Source of the DNA: a virus
Taxonomy: Duplodnaviria; Caudoviricetes
Reading direction: 5' to 3' (one strand)
DNA length: 64,000 bases
IMG/VR virus record: IMGVR_UViG_3300027749_000034
Position numbers and translations under genes: made by a program. Under the pieces are notes generated by a model. It worked only from the letters and a program-made list of their open reading frames with translations, was not told the DNA's origin and searched no databases. Positions 27,364 through 36,580 of this stretch are shown in pieces. How positions within the stretch are numbered: position 1 is the stretch's first letter; every line of letters begins with the position of its first letter.

Positions 27364-28008
27364 ATGTCGGAAATTAAAATGAACATCAACATTCCAGGAT
27401 GGAATGGCAAAGAGATTCTTTACAAAATTGGAACTTATGCATCACAAGTACCAGAAAATGGTGTTATAATCGAACTGGGTGCGTTGTTTGGAAGATCAAC
27501 ATATACCATTGGACATAGTAAACATCCTAGTGTTAGATTATTTACAATTGACATTTTTACTAAAATTCTATTTAAAAATCATGAACAAGTTGGATTTCAT
27601 GATGGTAGGACAAGTGGATTAGAAAAAGCAATTATGGAAGCGGAAATTCTAGAAGATCCAAAGCGTATCAATGGTGATAGCCTGTTTAAATTGTGGAAAA
27701 TTTATAACCATGACATTCCAAATTTATTTGGACAGCGAGGTAATGCCAGCACAATAGACCCAACAACATTACCTTATGCGGATATGATTTTTCACGATGC
27801 TGGACACGAATACAATGATATCTATACTGACTTATCGAGATGGTGGCCCCGGGTAAAGCAAGATGGTATACTAATCATCGACGACTATGAACCCAGAGAT
27901 CCGTCATTTGCTGGAATGGTCCAAGGTGTTGACCAATTTGTTGCAGAAAATGACTTAGAAATGGAAACTTTAACTCCAAGAAATGTATTGTTGAGAAGAA
28001 AGAAATGA
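27364..28008 (+). CDS. Class I SAM-dependent methyltransferase (Methyltransf_24-like)
   Basis: IIELGALFGRS, FHDAGH, IIDDY; TAAATA at 27335; AAGGA SD. Confidence 0.82.
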   Translation: MSEIKMNINIPGWNGKEILYKIGTYASQVPENGVIIELGALFGRSTYTIGHSKHPSVRLFTIDIFTKILFKNHEQVGFHDGRTSGLEKAIMEAEILEDPKRINGDSLFKLWKIYNHDIPNLFGQRGNASTIDPTTLPYADMIFHDAGHEYNDIYTDLSRWWPRVKQDGILIIDDYEPRDPSFAGMVQGVDQFVAENDLEMETLTPRNVLLRRKK

Positions 28009-29243
28009 AAGTAGCAATGATTGGCTGTGGTAAACTAGGTTTACCATGTGCAGAAGTAATGGCAGAACACTATGATGTGTGCGGTTATGATATTAATCTG
28101 GTAGACCCAACACAGACCGTGGCAATTAAGAGTTCGATAGCCGAGGCTGTAACAGGATGTGATTTAATATTTGTTGCAGTACCAACACCACATGATCCTG
28201 CGTATGGTGGCAGTTCACCAATTACAGATTTGCCACCAAAGAATTTTGATTACAGTATTGTACAACATGTCTTGCAAGAGATCAATCCTCATGTGACTCG
28301 AGATCAATTGGTAGTGCTAATCAGTACTGTGCTTCCTGGTACAGTCCGAGCACATTTACAGCCGCTGATTACCAATGCTCGTTTCATTTACAATCCGTAT
28401 CTTATTGCTATGGGCTCTGTAAAATGGGACATGGTCAATCCCGAGTGCTTGATCATTGGCACCGAAGATGGCACTCGCACAGGTGATGCAGGACTGCTAA
28501 TTGACTTCTACAAACCCATCATGGAAAACACGCCACAGATTAATGTAGGTACATGGGACGAGGCTGAAGCCATTAAGATTTTCTATAACACATTTATTTC
28601 AGCCAAGATTGGTCTTGTCAACATGATTCAAGATGTGGCAGAAGCCAATGGTAACATCAATGTGGATGTAGTTACAGACGCACTAAAGGCCGCAACGCAA
28701 CGAATTACTGGTCCAAAATATCTCACAGCTGGTATGGGAGATGCAGGTGCTTGCCATCCCAGAGATAACATTGCCCTGCGCTGGCTGGCAGAAGAATACG
28801 ACCTTGGATATGATTTGTTTCATGCGTTCATGGGCAGTAGAGATATGCAGGCCAAGAAGATGGCCATGCGTTTGGTCAAGTTGGCAGAAGAACATGATAT
28901 TCCTGTGATCATTCATGGTCGTGCATACAAGCCCTATGTTCCTTACACCATTGGAAGCTATAGTGAATTGGTTGGTTACTATGTTGAACAACAAAATGTT
29001 CAGTTGTATTATGCTGACCCATTGACAGGAGATGTTATTTTTGGGTCGCCAAGAGCAGTAGTATTAATGGCACACAATGCTGGCATTACCTATGCTGGTA
29101 CTGGTGTAGAGATTACAAAAGACAGTTTCTACTTTGATATTACACCAGGTAGTGTCATTGTTGATCCGTGGCGCACATTACCAGACATGCCGGGCATGAC
29201 TGTGATACATTACGGCAACCCTAGAAAATCAACAAGTCGTTGA
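28005..29243 (+). CDS. UDP-glucose/GDP-mannose 6-dehydrogenase family
   Basis: IGCGKLG Rossmann motif, VAVPTP, STVLPG, EAIKIFYN, GACHPRD catalytic Cys, AYKP. Confidence 0.88.
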   Translation: MKVAMIGCGKLGLPCAEVMAEHYDVCGYDINLVDPTQTVAIKSSIAEAVTGCDLIFVAVPTPHDPAYGGSSPITDLPPKNFDYSIVQHVLQEINPHVTRDQLVVLISTVLPGTVRAHLQPLITNARFIYNPYLIAMGSVKWDMVNPECLIIGTEDGTRTGDAGLLIDFYKPIMENTPQINVGTWDEAEAIKIFYNTFISAKIGLVNMIQDVAEANGNINVDVVTDALKAATQRITGPKYLTAGMGDAGACHPRDNIALRWLAEEYDLGYDLFHAFMGSRDMQAKKMAMRLVKLAEEHDIPVIIHGRAYKPYVPYTIGSYSELVGYYVEQQNVQLYYADPLTGDVIFGSPRAVVLMAHNAGITYAGTGVEITKDSFYFDITPGSVIVDPWRTLPDMPGMTVIHYGNPRKSTSR

Positions 29244-30118
29244 ACAATACTGTCAACTGGTAAAATCTCAGTTATATCATTGATGCCCTTACCGGCAAAT
29301 ATGTGACCTGATTCAGGATTTTTTATACCAGCAAGTAAACCCTTGGTGTTGTTATAGTTGTCATTCAATGTTGAGGAAAATACCAACGCATTTTGTGTTG
29401 CACCTGTGCTCAACTGTGTAATGTTTTCAGATGAGGCTTCTACCATCTTTAACTTAGTTTCGTAAGATACTGAACTTTCAACGGATGCGGCAAATAGTGT
29501 GCCAATACCAACGGCCACGGCGCCTTTATCTAAAAATGATTTGACTTGTGCGCTTGTGCCAATGCCACCAGAAACAATAATTGGCAGGTTGGGAAACTTA
29601 TTGCGAACTTTTTCAAATAGTATTTCTAAATTATTAGTACCTCGGCCAGCGCCGTCATTGCCCTTTAGTATAACTCCGTCGATATCATCTATTACATGTT
29701 CCACTGATAGCACCTTAACAAATACCAATGCCCCATTACTACGAACCTCATCAATTGCCAGCGCAAGCTGATCGTTGCGAAATTGAGATAGTGGTGTTTC
29801 ACCGTATGAGTCTGGTATTAGTTCAATCAGTCCGACTTGTTCTTCTACAATTACTTTTTGAAATCGTTTATCTATTAACTCAGATACACTAACACTTAGA
29901 AGAATATTGCAGTCTCCGGTTGCTAATTTGTATCTAACTAACGCAGACCTTAATAGATTATCATCAATGTAATCAGGTCCTGTAAAATAGTTAAAAATAG
30001 AGAGACTTGGAATTGCACCAGCTTTACTAACAGCAATGGCAAGATTAACATCGCTAACTTTGTTCATTGCCATTGCAATTATTGGGTACTTTGACCCTAA
30101 TAGGTTTTGGCTTGTCAT
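29210..30118 (-). CDS. Nitronate monooxygenase / FabK-like FMN oxidoreductase
   Basis: Reads MTSQNLL on the minus strand; YPIIAMAM, AVSKAGA, GAG, IIVSGGIG, GAVAVGIGTLFAASVES. Confidence 0.8.
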   Translation of the reverse strand: MTSQNLLGSKYPIIAMAMNKVSDVNLAIAVSKAGAIPSLSIFNYFTGPDYIDDNLLRSALVRYKLATGDCNILLSVSVSELIDKRFQKVIVEEQVGLIELIPDSYGETPLSQFRNDQLALAIDEVRSNGALVFVKVLSVEHVIDDIDGVILKGNDGAGRGTNNLEILFEKVRNKFPNLPIIVSGGIGTSAQVKSFLDKGAVAVGIGTLFAASVESSVSYETKLKMVEASSENITQLSTGATQNALVFSSTLNDNYNNTKGLLAGIKNPESGHIFAGKGINDITEILPVDSIVQRLVDFLGLP

Positions 30119-30123
30119 GCAAT

Positions 30124-30140
30124 TACTTAACCATTAAATA
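30124..30140. promoter_or_regulatory. Back-to-back divergent late promoters
   Basis: Minus-strand TAAGTA (30129-30124) 5 nt before ATG 30118; plus-strand TAAATA (30135-30140) 7 nt before ATG 30148. Confidence 0.6.
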
Positions 30141-30147
30141 TCCGTAG

Positions 30148-31320
30148 ATGACCCCTAACTTAATTTTACCGCATCAGAGCAAAGATAAATTTGGATTCTA
30201 TCAGGTAGGCGACTTCAAAACCTACAGTAAGGTAGAAGCAATTGAGCTGGCCAATAAGACCGGTAACAAAGTACATTGGAATTTTAATGATGCCGAATTT
30301 ACAAATTTTGATTGGACCATTGAGCCACCTGTTTCTTTAAAACAATTGTATCAAGCCCGTGCTAGGCAAATCAGAGAACGCTACGACTACATTGTGCTTT
30401 GGTGGTCAGGTGGCGCAGATAGTTACACCATGCTTCGTGCATTTGTTGATGAAGGATTATTTGTAGATGAACTTGCTACATTCCATAATATGGGCGGAGA
30501 TGGTTCATGGGACACATATCTCAACAGTGAAGTAAAACAAGTGGCCATTCCCGTGGCAGAAAAGATACTAGAGTCTAGTCCAAATACAAAGTTCCGCTTG
30601 GTGGACCATTTGGATTATCAAGCAGACCTGTTTGACAAAGACGATAACAAATTTGATTTTATCTATAAAGCAAATGCTGTGTTTAGTCCAAACCAACAGT
30701 CTCGCAGATATATTAGAGAAAAAGAAAAAGACTACTTAGACCTGTTTGCTCAGGGAAAACGAGTATGCTTTGTATGGGGTATGGACAAGCCAAGGGTAAC
30801 CAATATCAATGGAAAATTTGCCATTCAATTTGTTGACATTGTTGACAATTCGGTTAATCCGTTGACGCAAACGCTAGACCGACCTTGGGAGAACGATGAG
30901 TTCTTTTTCTGGAGTCCAGACGCTAGAGAATTACTAAGCAAGCAAGGACACATTGTCAAGCGTTACTTGAACAACATACCAGATGTTGATTTAAACAGTA
31001 GATGGGTCAGCAGAAAAAGCAATGCGCTAGGACATGTTAAAAAAAATGGAATTACCTGGTTTCTTACCAATGATGGATTACATCGATTAGTTTATCCAGA
31101 TTGGAGCCCGGACACATATACCAGTGGCAAGCATGATTTTTTATTAATGTGGAGTCCTAGAGACGAGTGGTTCCTTAAAGACACCAATGCAGTACATACA
31201 CAAGTATACCGAGCTGGCTTGGAAAAGCTTGCAGAAGTAGTTGGTTCTAACTGGATCAAGATTGGTGGTATCACTAGGGGACTAACCAATTGTCAAAGCT
31301 TACCCTTATTTTTGGAATAA
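30148..31320 (+). CDS. PP-loop (adenine nucleotide alpha-hydrolase) superfamily protein
   Basis: LWWSGGADS PP-loop; lacks the QueC C-terminal Zn-binding Cys cluster. Confidence 0.6.
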   Translation: MTPNLILPHQSKDKFGFYQVGDFKTYSKVEAIELANKTGNKVHWNFNDAEFTNFDWTIEPPVSLKQLYQARARQIRERYDYIVLWWSGGADSYTMLRAFVDEGLFVDELATFHNMGGDGSWDTYLNSEVKQVAIPVAEKILESSPNTKFRLVDHLDYQADLFDKDDNKFDFIYKANAVFSPNQQSRRYIREKEKDYLDLFAQGKRVCFVWGMDKPRVTNINGKFAIQFVDIVDNSVNPLTQTLDRPWENDEFFFWSPDARELLSKQGHIVKRYLNNIPDVDLNSRWVSRKSNALGHVKKNGITWFLTNDGLHRLVYPDWSPDTYTSGKHDFLLMWSPRDEWFLKDTNAVHTQVYRAGLEKLAEVVGSNWIKIGGITRGLTNCQSLPLFLE

Positions 31321-31321
31321 C

Positions 31322-31924
31322 ATGGAAAATATATTTGCACTTAGAAAAAATTATGCACAAGATGCACAACAGATTATGGATTGGTTCCCAGTCATTGTCA
31401 ATGATTTAAAATCATCAAAACTTGGATTGGCCAGAAATGAATCTTTATTAAGACACATTAGGCAAACTCCGGGATTAATTGATACTGTAGATTTTATGAA
31501 TGACATATATGACAAACTTGAATTGTCGGCGGCCTATATTGCGTTGTGTCGTATCAAACCATTTATAGTAACTGTACCAATTCTTGCCAAGGCTCGTACA
31601 GATACATTTGATCCAACAAAAGACCGACAATTTGATGCCACAGTTCCTAATAGAAAATGTAGGCTACATATACCAGTAGCCGCACATAATAATTTACAAG
31701 TACAGTGGATAGATCCAACAGAAAATATTACAGATGAAAATTTTTTTAACGGACCGTTTAGAACTGTTGGTAGTGAATTAGTTCCCGACTCGGCTTATCT
31801 AATTGCACCAGGGCCGTACAGATATATCAATACAGAAAACTTAGAGCATATATACTATGTTGAGGTTGGGTTTGAAAATAATCCAGACTTCGAGGAAATA
31901 AAAGGAAAATTTAATTCTTTATGA
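31322..31924 (+). CDS. Hypothetical protein, Asp/Asn beta-hydroxylase-like cupin fold
   Basis: RLHIPV motif; metal-ligand His residues are not clearly conserved. Confidence 0.4.
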   Translation: MENIFALRKNYAQDAQQIMDWFPVIVNDLKSSKLGLARNESLLRHIRQTPGLIDTVDFMNDIYDKLELSAAYIALCRIKPFIVTVPILAKARTDTFDPTKDRQFDATVPNRKCRLHIPVAAHNNLQVQWIDPTENITDENFFNGPFRTVGSELVPDSAYLIAPGPYRYINTENLEHIYYVEVGFENNPDFEEIKGKFNSL

Positions 31925-32688
31925 AAATAGTTTTAGTCACTGGAGGATTTGATCCTGTACACAGTGGGCATATTGCCTACTTCAAGACTGCAAGAACCCT
32001 GGGTGACATGTTAATTGTTGGTCTCAACAGTGATGAATGGTTAGAACGCAAAAAAGGTCAGGCATTCATGACATGGAACGAACGATTATGTATCGTTAAC
32101 AATTTGAGCATGGTAGATGAAGTTTATACCTTTGACGATGCCGATGATTCAGCTAGACACTTTATCCAACAAGCAAGAGCACATTATCCCAATGCTGAAT
32201 TGATATTTGCCAACGGTGGCGATAGGACCAAAGATAATATTCCAGAAATGGATGTTGTAGATTCTAATTTATCATTTGTATTTGGCGTTGGTGGCACAGA
32301 CAAAAAGAACAGCAGTAGTTGGATCTTAGAAGAATGGAAGAGCCCAAAAACACAACGGCCTTGGGGCTACTATCGTGTATTATATGAAGATGATGTCATG
32401 TTTCATACCAAGGTCAAAGAGCTGACTGTGATGCCTGGCCAAAGTCTAAGCATGCAACGCCATGCCTTTAGAAAAGAGTTTTGGCATGTGGCTCAGGGCA
32501 TGTGTGATGTAACTGCTCGCATGCCATCTGGTTATCAAATGCCTCCTAGAACTCTTAGAGTGCATGACCGAATAGACATACTGGAGAATGAATGGCATCA
32601 ACTTAGCAATCCATACTCAGGACCATGTAAGGTTGTAGAGATACAGTACGGATCAAGTTGCAACGAAGAAGATATTGAACGTCAATAA
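31921..32688 (+). CDS. Cytidylyltransferase fused to mannose-6-phosphate isomerase type II cupin
   Basis: GGFDPVHSGH (HxGH), FANGGDR; C-terminal RPWGYY...QSLSMQRH...EFWHV. Confidence 0.88.
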   Translation: MKIVLVTGGFDPVHSGHIAYFKTARTLGDMLIVGLNSDEWLERKKGQAFMTWNERLCIVNNLSMVDEVYTFDDADDSARHFIQQARAHYPNAELIFANGGDRTKDNIPEMDVVDSNLSFVFGVGGTDKKNSSSWILEEWKSPKTQRPWGYYRVLYEDDVMFHTKVKELTVMPGQSLSMQRHAFRKEFWHVAQGMCDVTARMPSGYQMPPRTLRVHDRIDILENEWHQLSNPYSGPCKVVEIQYGSSCNEEDIERQ

Positions 32689-32689
32689 C

Positions 32690-32718
32690 TTGACCTGTGG
32701 GTTTATATGCTGTATACT
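32690..32718 (+). promoter_or_regulatory. Sigma70-like early promoter
   Basis: TTGACC, 17 nt, TATACT with TG extension; AGGAG SD before 32752. Confidence 0.65.
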
Positions 32719-32751
32719 TGTACTGTAGATTACAACTCACAGGAGAAATAA

Positions 32752-33003
32752 ATGAGCTTTACCCCAGAACAAATTGCCAAACTTACCAAAGTGATCCAAG
32801 AAGGTGTCCAAGTCAAACGAGAAATTGATGACCTTAGTGTGGGCCTAAAGGAAACAGTTGCCGCCATTGCTGAAGAAATGGAAATTAAACCAGCTGTCCT
32901 TACCAAAGCAATTACCAAGGCCTTCAAAGGCGACTTTGACAAAGACCAAAGCGACTTGGAAGCTGTTGAAGAAATTCTAATTGTAACTAAAAACAAACAG
33001 TAA
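32752..33003 (+). CDS. T4 DsbA/GapR-like dsDNA-binding protein
   Basis: Size and pattern EIDDL...LKETVAAIAEEMEIKPAVLTKAI; strong SD. Confidence 0.55.
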   Translation: MSFTPEQIAKLTKVIQEGVQVKREIDDLSVGLKETVAAIAEEMEIKPAVLTKAITKAFKGDFDKDQSDLEAVEEILIVTKNKQ

Positions 33004-33290
33004 TGAAAAAGTTACTTGCCAGTGTAAGAGATTACATTCGCGAGGATTGGCAAGAAAATCCAGTAAGATGTGTGCTGGAAATTCTCGCTTGGTTCCTAAG
33101 CATTGGTTGTGCTTTTACAATGATGCTTACAGTTCCTAATCCTCCGTTTTTAATTCTGTATCCCCTGTTCATAACCCAGTGTGCTATTTTTGCATGGGCC
33201 AGTAAAACTAGAGGAAGCACCGGCATGTTGGCCAACTATACTTTGCTGGTCACTATTGATACCATAGCACTAATTAGAATGTGGATGTGA
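33003..33290 (+). CDS. Small membrane protein (three TM segments)
   Basis: Hydrophobic segments; TAATG coupling to the upstream gene. Confidence 0.6.
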   Translation: MKKLLASVRDYIREDWQENPVRCVLEILAWFLSIGCAFTMMLTVPNPPFLILYPLFITQCAIFAWASKTRGSTGMLANYTLLVTIDTIALIRMWM

Positions 33291-33580
33291 TGCAGGTTCG
33301 AAAACTTGACAAGCGATACTCGGGCTATCCGTATTTCAAGTATTTTGTCGAGTTGAGCCAAAGCAATGAAGTTAACTTTCATAATGTGAGAGCCTGGTGC
33401 TGGAACACATGGGGTGCTAGTAAGGGCTTTAAAGATTGGGAATGGCATGAAAGAACTCCCACCCCACATGATGTTTGTCAAAATTCCAACTGGTGTTGGG
33501 TTGACGATCAATACCGAAATCGTATCTTGTTCAAAGGAAAAGAAGATGCGGCACTTTTTAAATTGTATCACGGTGCGTAA
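33281..33580 (+). CDS. Small Trp-rich family protein
   Basis: WC...WG core; ends RILFKGKEDAALFKLYHG. Confidence 0.6.
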   Translation: MDVMQVRKLDKRYSGYPYFKYFVELSQSNEVNFHNVRAWCWNTWGASKGFKDWEWHERTPTPHDVCQNSNWCWVDDQYRNRILFKGKEDAALFKLYHGA

Positions 33581-33873
33581 TGAAACAACAAATATCAGTT
33601 CATCACTGGCGGTATGAAGATGGATGGCATGACATTCCTTATGTACTACTAAAGGATAAGAAGCAACCTCAGAAAGAGTTCCGTGAAGAAATTGTGGGCT
33701 GGCATTGCTGGGTCTATTGCAATGATCATCGAGAGTTCACAAATTGGATGGAAGCACATTGCCCTACCGCAGACTGTACTCCCAGATTTAATTCAGGTGA
33801 TCCAATGATCACTGTTAACATTACCAGCAAGGATGAGGCGGCATACTTTATGCTAAACTTCAATGTATTTTAA
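33580..33873 (+). CDS. Small Trp-rich family protein
   Basis: Ends VNITSKDEAAYFMLNF. Confidence 0.6.
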   Translation: MKQQISVHHWRYEDGWHDIPYVLLKDKKQPQKEFREEIVGWHCWVYCNDHREFTNWMEAHCPTADCTPRFNSGDPMITVNITSKDEAAYFMLNFNVF

Positions 33874-34141
33874 CAGTCTGTACATTGGCGATGTTGACCT
33901 CGATGCATTGTTAAATTGGTTGTGCGAAAACATTAGCGGATTAGTAATGACCACTCGCAACGAGTATTCGTATCACAACATGTATCATGGTGACAATGAT
34001 TTATGGATTATGTCGACCAGTGATGTTAGTGATGTAAGAGGTAGTCACTGGGACGAAATGACACAATTACAATTTAAAAACAAAGAAGATTTATTTTTGT
34101 GTAAGTTAACTTGGGGCGGTGCGGTTGCTGAACAGATATAA
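33863..34141 (+). CDS. Small Trp-rich family protein
   Basis: Ends LQFKNKEDLFLCKLTWG. Confidence 0.6.
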   Translation: MYFNSLYIGDVDLDALLNWLCENISGLVMTTRNEYSYHNMYHGDNDLWIMSTSDVSDVRGSHWDEMTQLQFKNKEDLFLCKLTWGGAVAEQI

Positions 34142-34153
34142 ATCTGTTATAAT
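34125..34153 (+). promoter_or_regulatory. Sigma70-like promoter with palindromic spacer
   Basis: TTGCTG, 17 nt, TATAAT; spacer AACAGAT-ATAA-ATCTGTT. Confidence 0.55.
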
Positions 34154-34177
34154 ATTTTGATTGTTCAAAGGAGAAAA

Positions 34178-34540
34178 ATGAACTATTGGGGTTACCACTT
34201 AATTTTAGATTGCGGGCGGTGCAATCCGGATCAAATGAAAGACTTTGACAATGTTGATACCTGGATCCGCCAGTTAGTCAAGGACATCAACATGGAGCCA
34301 ATTGGTGAGCCCAGGATTGAATACACCGCAGGAGAATTTCCTGATAAGGCTGGCTTTACAGTGGTTCAAGTAATTGTTACCAGTAGTATTGTTGCTCACT
34401 TTGTAGATAATCTACAACAGATCTATCTTGATGTTTTTAGTTGTAAAGAATTTGATACAGCCATTGTTGAAGCCAGCATAAAGAAACACTTTGGTGTTGG
34501 TTCAATTAGAAAATACTTTTTAACAAGACAAGCAGATTAA
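34178..34540 (+). CDS. speD: S-adenosylmethionine decarboxylase proenzyme
   Basis: GYHLILDC, G.T.VQVIVTSSIVAH (self-cleavage region), YLDVFSCKEFD; AGGAG SD. Confidence 0.8.
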   Translation: MNYWGYHLILDCGRCNPDQMKDFDNVDTWIRQLVKDINMEPIGEPRIEYTAGEFPDKAGFTVVQVIVTSSIVAHFVDNLQQIYLDVFSCKEFDTAIVEASIKKHFGVGSIRKYFLTRQAD

Positions 34541-34794
34541 TGGACGACGAAAATTGGGGAGTACAAATTACTAAGAGTTGGCGGCATGGTTCTCTTTGGT
34601 GTTTCTGGTGCTTTCCTTATTTTATTGATCCTGCTCCAGTTCCATATCCAGGATTTGAATATCTTAAAATATGGTTGAATATGAATTGTCCAAGTGCGGT
34701 GTACGAAGTAAGATACAATAATGGTTCTCCAAAGTTGGAAGTTACTTTTAACGATGAAGAAGAAGCATTGCTATTTAGGATGACATACTCGTGA
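34540..34794 (+). CDS. Small Trp-rich family protein
   Basis: Ends VTFNDEEEALLFRMTYS. Confidence 0.6.
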   Translation: MDDENWGVQITKSWRHGSLWCFWCFPYFIDPAPVPYPGFEYLKIWLNMNCPSAVYEVRYNNGSPKLEVTFNDEEEALLFRMTYS

Positions 34795-35069
34795 TAGTTA
34801 AAACAGCAATCCAACAACAATGGAATATTGTGTTTCCTAATTCTGGTCCAGGTTATACTGTTTTGGCAATGGTTGACATAGACAACAAAAAGTGGTATAC
34901 TATACATGTGAGCAAGGATATTGCTACTTGGACCAGAACACAATCTCAGGACCAATGGTATGAACATCCTTATGAACAACCTACTCGCTACAATTTTCAT
35001 GAGCCATCATCTGCAAAATTTGATGTACATTGTGAATTGTTAGCAATTTTAAAACTGACATGGGGCTAA
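34791..35069 (+). CDS. Small Trp-rich family protein
   Basis: Ends FDVHCELLAILKLTWG. Confidence 0.55.
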   Translation: MIVKTAIQQQWNIVFPNSGPGYTVLAMVDIDNKKWYTIHVSKDIATWTRTQSQDQWYEHPYEQPTRYNFHEPSSAKFDVHCELLAILKLTWG

Positions 35070-35070
35070 T

Positions 35071-35490
35071 ATGAACATTGTTGTACATTCAAAAAGTGCA
35101 GGCAAACAGGCCTTGGTTAACGCAACAGCACATCTTTATAAACAAGAACTTAAAATTTCCAACAGCACTTATACTGTAGAGATTCAGTTTAAGAAAGGTC
35201 TAGCAAATGTTGACGGTATGAAAGGTAGCGTATGTGAGATTGCCCCCAAGCATATTCTAATGCTACTGGATGCGGATTTAAAACAAGAACGACTGTTTGA
35301 GACTCTGGCGCATGAAATGGTTCATGTAAAACAATATGCCAAAGGGCAGTACAAGACCATCCGTACAAAAAGATTTTGGATGGGTAGTCATGTTAAGGCC
35401 GACTACTTTGACCAACCTTGGGAACGAGAGGCAATGAGTAAAGAAAAGTTGCTGGCTGGTAAAGTTTATGCTATACTTGCTAAAGCATGA
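35071..35490 (+). CDS. Zincin-like metallopeptidase (HExxH)
   Basis: TLAHEMVHVKQY...Y..QPWEREA. Confidence 0.75.
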   Translation: MNIVVHSKSAGKQALVNATAHLYKQELKISNSTYTVEIQFKKGLANVDGMKGSVCEIAPKHILMLLDADLKQERLFETLAHEMVHVKQYAKGQYKTIRTKRFWMGSHVKADYFDQPWEREAMSKEKLLAGKVYAILAKA

Positions 35491-35711
35491 GAAGTGCGTT
35501 GAGTGGTTGGTATGTGGCCAGTATTATGGCGCCGGTTGACGAAACAGTCAATGGCAAATACCGGTACCAAGGATGGACACCTTGTATTGAATGGTGCAAC
35601 AAACAGTTTGGTGACAAGGTCACTGATGGCTGGAATTTTAAAGGTGACGGCATCTTTGAATTTAGAGAACAAGCAGACTACCTGCTGTTTACGCTGACAT
35701 GGGGTAAATGA
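35487..35711 (+). CDS. Small Trp-rich family protein
   Basis: EWCNKQFG...FEFREQADYLLFTLTWG. Confidence 0.6.
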   Translation: MRSALSGWYVASIMAPVDETVNGKYRYQGWTPCIEWCNKQFGDKVTDGWNFKGDGIFEFREQADYLLFTLTWGK

Positions 35712-35944
35712 TGTACCAAGAATTTAGCTGGCGCAATGCCAAACATGATTCAATGATAATTGAAATCATGCACCACGGACATGTAGTAATGCATTTCTTC
35801 TTGGGAGAAGGAATGGAAGGTGCAGGGCGTAAGCGAGTAATGGCGCATGTAAGAGAATGCGACAGCAGTACATGGCTCACTGAGTGGCGTGAACATGCCG
35901 AAGAAGAAATGTTACAAAAGTTGAAAGATGATCATAGCCTATAA
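35708..35944 (+). CDS. Hypothetical protein
   Basis: ORF track; ATGA-type coupling. Confidence 0.5.
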   Translation: MMYQEFSWRNAKHDSMIIEIMHHGHVVMHFFLGEGMEGAGRKRVMAHVRECDSSTWLTEWREHAEEEMLQKLKDDHSL

Positions 35945-35973
35945 ATGACAGACTTGGATTTAGGAGTTGAAGA

Positions 35974-36171
35974 ATGACAGTAGAAGATTTAGAATATATT
36001 TTTGAATATCAGATAGTAGACGGTACAGAAAAGTTGTACTTTATGCTGATAGACGGTGATCGCTTGCCTATGATTGAGCGGCATCCTGCCGATGATTTGA
36101 AGGGATTGTTACCTATGCTATCAAGTTTTGAATATGCAGGCAATGAAGTCATGCCGAGGTTTAAAAAATGA
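35974..36171 (+). CDS. Hypothetical protein
   Basis: AGGAG SD; coupled to the next gene. Confidence 0.5.
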   Translation: MTVEDLEYIFEYQIVDGTEKLYFMLIDGDRLPMIERHPADDLKGLLPMLSSFEYAGNEVMPRFKK

Positions 36172-36563
36172 CCGATGACGTTAAAAAACAAGAAGTAATG
36201 GATGCACTACATGAATCTGGTAAAAGTTTTGCCAAGGCGGCCAAAGAATATCAAGACATGTGCCAAACTTACTATTCAGGTCTAGAACCTGAGGAACAGT
36301 TGATGGCATTTTGTGCCATTGTTGAAAAGTTATGTCAAGGTGAATTAGATGAACGGCGTAGTTACCGAGGTGTCTTGTATGGCACCTTTGGTTGGGGACC
36401 AGAAGCCTATGCCGCCGCACAAGGTGCTGGCTACTTGGGATTGCATAATGCTATCTATCGATTTGAAGACCTAGAGCATGTGATGACCAACACTCTCAAA
36501 GAACTTGAAATTGAAGTTGATTCAGAAAAGTTGCGCGATGCACTGGCCAAACACTTCTATTAA
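36168..36563 (+). CDS. Hypothetical protein
   Basis: GAGG SD; ORF track. Confidence 0.6.
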   Translation: MTDDVKKQEVMDALHESGKSFAKAAKEYQDMCQTYYSGLEPEEQLMAFCAIVEKLCQGELDERRSYRGVLYGTFGWGPEAYAAAQGAGYLGLHNAIYRFEDLEHVMTNTLKELEIEVDSEKLRDALAKHFY

Positions 36564-36580
36564 AGTAAAATACATACTAC

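Noticed and set aside
30148-31320. PP-loop protein as the missing QueC
   Set aside because: It has SGGADS but is 390 aa, the motif is about 80 aa from the N-terminus, it lacks the QueC C-terminal Zn-binding cysteines, and it lies in a late cluster 9 kb from dpdA.
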